A stretch of 50,686 nt of DNA, the filler included, from Sphacelaria rigidula (lineage: Eukaryota), in NCBI GenBank assembly GCA_964200075.2. It is 3 parts of 3 records of this genome, joined end to end, with 100 filler letters (N's around TTAATTAATTAA, not from the genome) between each part and the next. Parts side by side here need not be neighbours in the genome. Positions count along the whole stretch, not along the records: positions 33,862 to 50,686 come from CAXNAA020001245.1; 2 more parts are not named here. One strand, written 5' to 3'. This document shows, piece after piece, positions 43,501 to 50,686 of this stretch. A program made the position numbers and the translations under genes. Each line of letters begins with the position of its first letter. Position 1 is the stretch's first letter. The notes under the pieces are model-generated. The model was not told the origin of the DNA. It did not search any database and worked only from the letters and a program-made list of their open reading frames with translations.

Positions 43501-46500
43501 AGTCGAATCCATCACCCATCGTTCTCTGCGCATACGTATCGTATCCAGTGTTCCACGGAAAGTAGACAATACGACGAGCTGGACAAGCTACACGCTCGCC
43601 GTCGTGAAGTAGCCGTAAGTATAGTCACAGCGCATGGGACAACGTCTTTACAGCAGCACTACACTGCAACGAAGATCACATAGCCCGCGGCTCAGCCTGC
43701 ACGTAATGATAAAGAGTACCATCATTGAACGAGTCTTCTTGTGCGATCTTGAGCACAGGAAACACCCGCCAAACAAACAGAAACGCGAAGATTGCGACTT
43801 CTGGCCCCGCATTGTGCAAACTTTACCTTCATCTCCTGGCACATGACCGGGGCTAGAACCAGTACGGCACCGGTGACCTCAGCAGGGAGATCGTCGCAGT
43901 TCCTTAGCACTACGTCGTACCTCGCCAAAACGTCCCTCTCCTGCTGGACCGCGTCGATCGCCAGAGAAAATGCCCCACATACCAACACGCAGAGTGCCGT
44001 AAACAGCCGCATGCTAGTGTTGATTAGACGCCAAGTCCGATTGGAAAGGGTGTTGGCGGTACGGTGGTTGTCTGTTGATGGGTAGACGAAGCTGTACTAC
44101 CGTACTACAGGCATGAGATGGTGCGCAATAGCTCAAGTGGTGGTACAAGCGTCTGCCTCGCACGTCGTTCGTTGCAGGGTGGTGGTGAGTTTCTGTTGAT
44201 GGAAGGCAGAGGAAGAAAGTAGTCACAAGTTGATGATGGAATGGACAGTGAGTGCATGTGCGGTTGTGTGCGTAGCCTGGAAAATGATTTTTTGCTTTAG
44301 TCGACAGGTGGTGATGATCAAGATATGGTGTGTGGTACGGTGGCTGTCGAAAAACAAAATACGAAATGTATGTTGCTTTGACAGTGAAACACAACGTGAC
44401 TAGTCACCAACGTTTTCTCACCCCGACCAAATGGCTGCGGACCCCCACTGATGACCCACTCACACGTCTCGACAGCAATGCTGTAGAGAGCAAGCGACAC
44501 CATCAAACTCCTCGAGGGGTCGGAGATGTGCGGGATATCTTGAGGTCACATGAGGGAATCATAAGACAACGACCAATCATGTTTGGAACGAAATTTTCGT
44601 GTTCGATACTCAAGTCTGACAGTCTTGGATGGGCTACTGTTGTATACCGTGGTGCAGCACCATACAGCACATCAAGATTGGCCAAGCATAGCAACAAGGG
44701 TTAAGAGTGGCAGAATGCACCACAAGAAGCAGACATCAAGCCATGACATGGTTGCCTTCAGCTGCATACAGTACCAACTTGCCCCGGGACGCAAGGTGCA
44801 AGAGAATAAGGAAGAAAAGACGTTTCCATTTTTTTTTTGCCCTCTATTATAGTGGACGAGGAAGTCTCACCCAACGTTCAACGTTCTCCCCGTGAGCGGG
44901 TTCGTGTGCCGATTACTCGGAGGCTCGGCTAGACCACCTCACGACAGTCATGCGGGGTAGGCTCCTCGAGCGTTCGGAAAGCTTTGTTCAAGGCAGTGTG
45001 AGGCGTATCCATTTGCCTTTGCGGCGTCGATGAAGGTGAGAGTGGCAACGGTCCCACGTGGAGTACGATACAGTACTCGTAGTAGTGCCGCAATGTACGA
45101 ACCGTGAAGTGTGTCGTGTGTTTCTCTTGAGCCCACTATCATCGACACTGTTTTTTCAGACATGTCAGAAATTCGCAGAGTTTTCGGACTCTGCGTTCAG
45201 ACTACACCGAGAATGAAGCGGCTTGATATTTCCCCGAAAGCTTCATTTTGGGAAAGTTCGAAACATGCGCACTGCGACGCAGCACTACGGAAAGCTGCCC
45301 TGGATATACGCCGTGGCGCTCGCAAGCGTTCGACAACCAGGAGGTACCTTGGCCGTCCCTACCATTCCGGAGATCTCCGGGAAAACAATGTCGACAACAG
45401 TGACAACCATCTCACGTACAGTATAATAGTAGTGCCGCAATGTACCGCACAGTACGGTGCATGTATGTCTTACTGCTGTAAAGAGCGTCATTAAACAGAC
45501 TCCGGCACGCTGCATCGAACCCGGTTCCCGCATACCATACTGTGCGTGCATGCTGAGCACTATCGTCGATTATTGTCTATGTTCACTGGGGTCTCACCAC
45601 TGCGTCGAAAGTTCGAAACGCCTTGTTGATGCAGTAGCTGACGGTGTATAACACCCCTGCCCTCTCCCAACAAGGTGGCTGGCCCGCCGGCATGGACTAC
45701 ATTGCTGTACAAAAATTGCAGCAGGTAGGCCTCAACGCATGGTATCGGCATTGCCCTGTAGCCATTCGCATCACGTCATCCGAACACACACACCAGAGCT
45801 TCCTCGACGTGCTGTAAACACAGCCGCGTGATGACAATTATGTGCTCACCAGGGCTTCATGCAGTTAGCCCGCTCGTTACACACTGCACGTTGATGGTTA
45901 TGGGCAGTTGAATAACCCCGACCATGTCCCACCAATCCGGACCATTTTCTGTTGCCCTGCGAACAACATCTAGAAGTGTTACGTACATGAGCAGAACAGC
46001 AGCAGCGTCATGCGGGGAACGTTTTTTTTGTTACGTACGAAGTAGTATTTCGATTTTGCACGAACACCTCGGGGGAAAACAGTGGATGATGGCAAAAGCT
46101 GTATCCCGCATTCGTGAGGATGCTCCGCATGTGCTGTGCATGTACAGTAGCAGCGGCCCAGACAGCACCGGCCCCCGGCTCAGGAAGCATCCGCGTGGAT
46201 GATCAAGGTGCGTGGAAATAAAGACAGGCAGTTTCTCTCGTAGATCGCAATGGCGAAAGCGCTGTATGCAACGAGCTATGACAGGAGCCGTACACCCTAG
46301 GGTGAACAACAGCCTCCTCTGGGAAAGCTGACCTCCGGCGTTATGGGAGAGCACCGCGCTCGCGTAACACCACTGGCAGGGGCACGGGAAGATGCCATCA
46401 GCTAGACAATGCGATATTTGCATTGCAAAATGATTTACTGAGATCCATCAATGCTGCAAATGAAACGAGTGGACTGGAGTTCAAAACGTTTGGACTTTGC

Positions 46501-46965
46501 TCCACACCAGCACAGTGGTGCTGTAGGGAGCCAGTCCCATCTCTCTCTGTGATACAACCTGTTCACCCCAGTACAACGCAAATCCGTGCAGTACAGTACC
46601 ATGCTCCCCAGTGCAGCACGAAAGAGCGCAACTTGGTGCAGTGAGGTGCAGTGCGGCACAGAGTATTGTACAGCCTGTGAAGAGGAAAGCTCGGGTATAA
46701 ACAGCATCGACTGCAAGAAGAAATACGGTGTGCTGTACCGTACTACCGTACTGTCTCACAGGAGGAAGGTCAACAGAGGAGCTCTTTCTTTTTCATTTGT
46801 TTTTGGTACCGCACGTTCCTTCTGCGGTGCTTGCCTTTTATTTTTTATCGCGAGAGGGGTTCAGCATTCCCTTCCCCTCGTCCACCATTCAGTCGATTTT
46901 TGTGTACCGACGACATAGTCGCTCTCCTCTGTTGGGCATGGTGTGAGAAAAGATCTCAGATCGCT

Positions 46966-47036
46966 CCTAGAAGTGGACCCATGACCCATCCGTTCGAAGG
47001 TTTCGAAGTTACCAATCGAGCCACTGGGGAGACCGG
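46966..47036 (-). mobile_element. Degenerate tRNA-derived SINE head
   Basis: The minus strand reads ccggtctccccagTGGCTCGATTGGtaacttcgaaacc..., an A-box-like motif followed by a decayed B box. It does not form a full cloverleaf. Confidence 0.4.
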
Positions 47037-47809
47037 TTCGTGTGTAGCGGTCATGTCCAAGACTCAAGACTCAAGGCTCACGACGTGCGACATGCGGGCG
47101 CGGGTTATGTGCATTTTCGTGGGTTGTGCGTCCCATGACGTGAAGTACTAATCGCACCTGATGTCCTTTTTTTGCGCAACGATCGCATGTTGGGAACTTG
47201 CACCCGGGTTCCAACGCCCGCTGCGTGGAGCGCGATCAATTGAGTGGATGTTAGGGTCTCAAAGAGTCCGGAGGCTCGGTCTTCGGTTGCGCAGACCAGA
47301 GCCGAAGGCCATGCGCGGCTCCCCGCAGGGACAACGCGGAGCGCGAAGATTTGGGCCTGTCCCCTTCAGAATACCCTAGAAATCGGTCAAAATGTGGGTA
47401 TTTTCCACGGTGAAAGAAAGAGCCTGCCCCCCCCCCCCCCCAGAAGACCTCAGAAAAAGATCACCATCGGCGAAAAAGGCCGCAGATTTTGGTTCGCCGA
47501 GGGGAAATGACTGCGGCCCAAAATCCATGTCTGCGGCAAGCCCCAGATAAGACCGTCGGGACTCTGCGCTGCGCGCAGATTTTCCTGAATATCTGCGCTG
47601 CCACAGCGCCGCATGCCTTTTTCGAGACGCTGGTGTATGTGGACATGAATTTCGGGTTGTGAGGTTGGACGGTGCAACAGTACGATGATCGCATGCGGCG
47701 ACCATGATATTTGACGGCGCGGCAAACAAAACTCCGTTGTCGCTGGACGGCACAGCATGAGGACCGCACGACTAAAGACTATTGGGGTAAAAAGCACTGA
47801 CGTACATTC

Positions 47810-48400
47810 TACACGCACCCACCCCCGGGTGCATTCGATTTACTCTTGCTCCGTCTCGAAAATGATGCGTCGTCAATGGTCAAACGACTAAGGCAAGCAA
47901 CAAATGAGTACGCTCCCCCCCCGGGTGCATTCGATTTACTGTAGCACCCGCCCCGCATGAACGTCGGGGGCTGCCGACGGTATGTTCTTTATTAGAGTTT
48001 CCGTCTGCGAGATCCCTGAGCGTGGGTTGGGCTACAGTAGCATATTCTTCGTTTGCTCCACGCGGCGCTGGCTGGCTGTCTTCCTGTGTACGCACGCTCG
48101 TGGGAAAACTGAGCTCGCGGGGTTTTCGTGCGCACGGAGCGGCGGGGGAGTGGCTCGGAATCAGTGTAACGATCGTTCCGCAGAGGGTAGCTAATATTGA
48201 GGGGGGCTGAGGAACAACAACTCGGTTCTCGTAACTGTTGGATGCCGTATCCTGAAAAAATGAAAGAATGAGCGCCGAAGTGTTGGAAGTGTTTCTCATT
48301 TGGAGTAGGAACGGTGCTCCGTCTCAAAAGGGATACGTGGTCAATGGTCAAGTGACTGCGGCAAACAACAAATGAGTACGCCCCCCCCCCGCCGGTACAT
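47810..48400 (+). repeat. Tandem/dispersed ~90-bp modules of the same family as 9278-9472
   Basis: gctccgtctc...gtcaatggtcaa...caacaaatgagtacgc-polyC at 47848-47940 and 48316-48396; cccccgggtgcattcgatttact occurs twice. Confidence 0.8.
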
Positions 48401-48716
48401 CTCCTGGTCGCAGATGTGGAAGATACCCAAGACTCACAGTTGGCATGCAGCATCTGGAGCACTTTTGGGACGCCAGCCGGGGCAGTCCGACCGTGTGATA
48501 CGGCACCGCAATCGATCTCGAGGTAAGGGCACCACAACACCCACCCCTGGTGCCGTAATACCGCCTGATGTAGAAGTGCTGGAGATGGCCAGCACGTGAC
48601 TACTTTCCCCTTGTTTCCGCTGATGACTGTGAGTTTCGAACGGAATGAGGCACATCTACATTTGGAGATAACATCCTTTCACATGAACCCCCGAATCCTA
48701 CGCTCACAAAATGATA

Positions 48717-49196
48717 NNNNNNNNNNNNNNNNNNNNNNNNNNNNNNNNNNNNNNNNNNNNNNNNNNNNNNNNNNNNNNNNNNNNNNNNNNNNNNNNNNNN
48801 NNNNNNNNNNNNNNNNNNNNNNNNNNNNNNNNNNNNNNNNNNNNNNNNNNNNNNNNNNNNNNNNNNNNNNNNNNNNNNNNNNNNNNNNNNNNNNNNNNNN
48901 NNNNNNNNNNNNNNNNNNNNNNNNNNNNNNNNNNNNNNNNNNNNNNNNNNNNNNNNNNNNNNNNNNNNNNNNNNNNNNNNNNNNNNNNNNNNNNNNNNNN
49001 NNNNNNNNNNNNNNNNNNNNNNNNNNNNNNNNNNNNNNNNNNNNNNNNNNNNNNNNNNNNNNNNNNNNNNNNNNNNNNNNNNNNNNNNNNNNNNNNNNNN
49101 NNNNNNNNNNNNNNNNNNNNNNNNNNNNNNNNNNNNNNNNNNNNNNNNNNNNNNNNNNNNNNNNNNNNNNNNNNNNNNNNNNNNNNNNNNNNNNNN
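48717..49196. other. Assembly gap (480 N)
   Basis: Run of N. Confidence 0.99.
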
Positions 49197-49510
49197 GCTG
49201 GGACTAGGACCGATAGGCGAGAGACGAAGTCCCTCCGTCCGCGTTGCTGCAAACCTGCGATTGTTGGTTTGACTGCCCCCACCGAGCCCTTCCTAGCCGG
49301 GGTTCGTTTCAACAGTACGCCATAACGTTGTTGCGGGTCTTGGGGCGGTGCGCGTTGTGAGGCTGGCGGATGTTCAATAGTGGCTGACGGAACACAGATC
49401 CACAGCAAACGCCCGGGCTGTCCTCGACAAGCGCGCACGGGAGGAAGCGGCGGGAATTTTCGATACGGTGGCGGCGGTCGGCACATGCAACGCCAAAGTT
49501 GGGATAGATT

Positions 49511-50270
49511 GGGTACGATCTCAAGTACTCTACCCCAATTCGGGTAAGCACTCTCAGCAATACGTGGGAATAGAGCATCACTTGTGTATGACCTCATTAG
49601 TCTACCCAAAATTTGGGTACGCCCGGTAAGGTCTCGAGTACTGTACACACATTATGGGTAGACGGGGTACTATTTCAGTACCCAAGCCAGATATTGGGTA
49701 AGACCGTGTCTTAGCACATCGTTTTTCGTTGGAAAAAAGAAGTGCGGTGGAATTGATTTGAGCGAATTCGTTCATTTTTCGCGGTTTCGGTCGAAGCTTT
49801 GGATCGAAAAAAAGACTGAAATTCTTGAAGCGGCACTTGTCCGCTTGTCCACATTACAGTACCGTCTGCGCTGTATGCATAGAATGTCCTTTAGTGTGTG
49901 TGCATGTGTGCATATTTCGTACAGTAGGATATGAAAGAGAAGCGGGCAACGTGCAGCACAGACGGCGCAGGACTATCTAAACTCTCTGCTTAGAGTGCGA
50001 TGTGAAAAGGCGTTGAACAACGTGCAGCTTTGTACTGCCTGCGCTGTCCATAAGTGTTCGCCAGTCGGTCGTCCACCCACGCAGTTCCGTTGCCGATCCC
50101 CACCATGAAAGAAGATGCTCAAGGTTCCACAACAGAAAATAAAGACATGATACCCAGCTCCTGCAGTGTGACTGGGTACGATGTCAGGTACTCTACCGCA
50201 TTATTCGGGTACTAAGGGTATGACGTTTCAAAATACCGAGTATTGGATATACCCGGCCCGACCTGCCCTT
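49511..50270. repeat. TACCC/GGGTA-rich repeat blocks (probable DNA-transposon subterminal arrays)
   Basis: gggtacgatctcaagtactctacc at ~49511 and gggtacgatgtcaggtactctacc at ~50174; many GGGTA/TACCC motifs in 49511-49703 and 50173-50270. Confidence 0.55.
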
Positions 50271-50686
50271 GCACAGTTCAAAATACCGTGGAAAGCGCTG
50301 CCGCCATCCTCCCTTTGTTGCATTTCTTTTTCTTTTCTTTGTATCATCGTTCTTTTCTTCTCTCCGTTTTTATTGTCTTTTTTTTCTCTCCCGTCCTCAT
50401 TTTTCCTGTTTACTTCCTCTCTTTCATTTTTTTTCGTATGGCAGACATTTCCTTGTTCATCTCTGGCCCGTGTCTAGATTCTTGTAGTTTTTTTTTTCAT
50501 GTTTTATATATCTTCGAAATACAGCACAGACGTGTGTTTTCAGCATGCACGGCTTGATGCCTAGGGTACTGGTTGATGTGCAACAAATCTAGGTCGAATC
50601 GACGCAATACATGGTGGTGGTGATGATGATGCTGATGGTTTGTCAGAATACTTGTTGTCGTTCGTCTCTGTGATAAAATAACACAT

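Larger units (their letters stand above)
37526..44012 (-). pseudogene. Six-exon gene for a putative secreted multidomain protein; last exon has an in-frame TAG and a hAT insertion (pseudogene or C-terminally truncated allele)
   Basis: All-phase-0 exons with GT/AG sites: 44012-43827 (MRLFTALCVLVCGAFSLA..., signal-peptide-like), 42886-42740, 41811-41725, 40861-39674, 39325-39128, and 38742 onward. The frame is open for 636 codons to TAG at 38640-38638. It stays open for 94 more codons to the insertion at 38355. With the insertion removed it resumes as ASGLLYGIDK* with TGA at 37528-37526. Confidence 0.7.

Noticed and set aside
44948-45163. TFIDAAKA resembling the LINE reverse-transcriptase FIDxxKA motif
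   Set aside because: The flanking residues do not fit and no other RT motifs were found.
48596-49648. Long ORFs (203-314 aa)
   Set aside because: Artefacts of translating through the 480-N gap.

Overview
Eukaryotic, intron-rich and repeat-rich genomic DNA. Intron sizes, splice signals and repeat types suggest a stramenopile, probably a brown alga (inference). Two 100-bp artificial contig linkers and one 480-N gap interrupt the window. Three spliced genes could be rebuilt by hand from splice sites and reading phase. (1) Mitochondrial ATP synthase subunit d on the minus strand (exons 13175-13002, 9093-8995, 7985-7878; 5' exon(s) unresolved), with a probable GC-AG intron. (2) A plus-strand gene of at least 14 exons (22007 to ~31167) encoding ankyrin repeats plus about five fibronectin type III domains; its 3' end was not found. 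(3) A minus-strand, six-exon, all-phase-0 gene (44012 to 37526) encoding a signal peptide, a beta-strand-rich N-terminal domain, a duplicated linker and a C-terminal domain resembling the AAC4-like/PD-(D/E)xK nuclease fold. Its last exon has an in-frame TAG and a hAT insertion with a perfect 8-bp target-site duplication (TSD). Gene 3 is the most unusual item. The rest is mostly transposon debris: a 98-bp piggyBac MITE, three copies of a ~247-bp MITE, a 1.4-kb element with ~360-bp inverted arms, a decayed hAT transposase, SINE fragments and an unclassified decayed coding element in two copies. No rRNA, intact tRNA or CRISPR array was seen. All family assignments come from motif recognition, not database searches.
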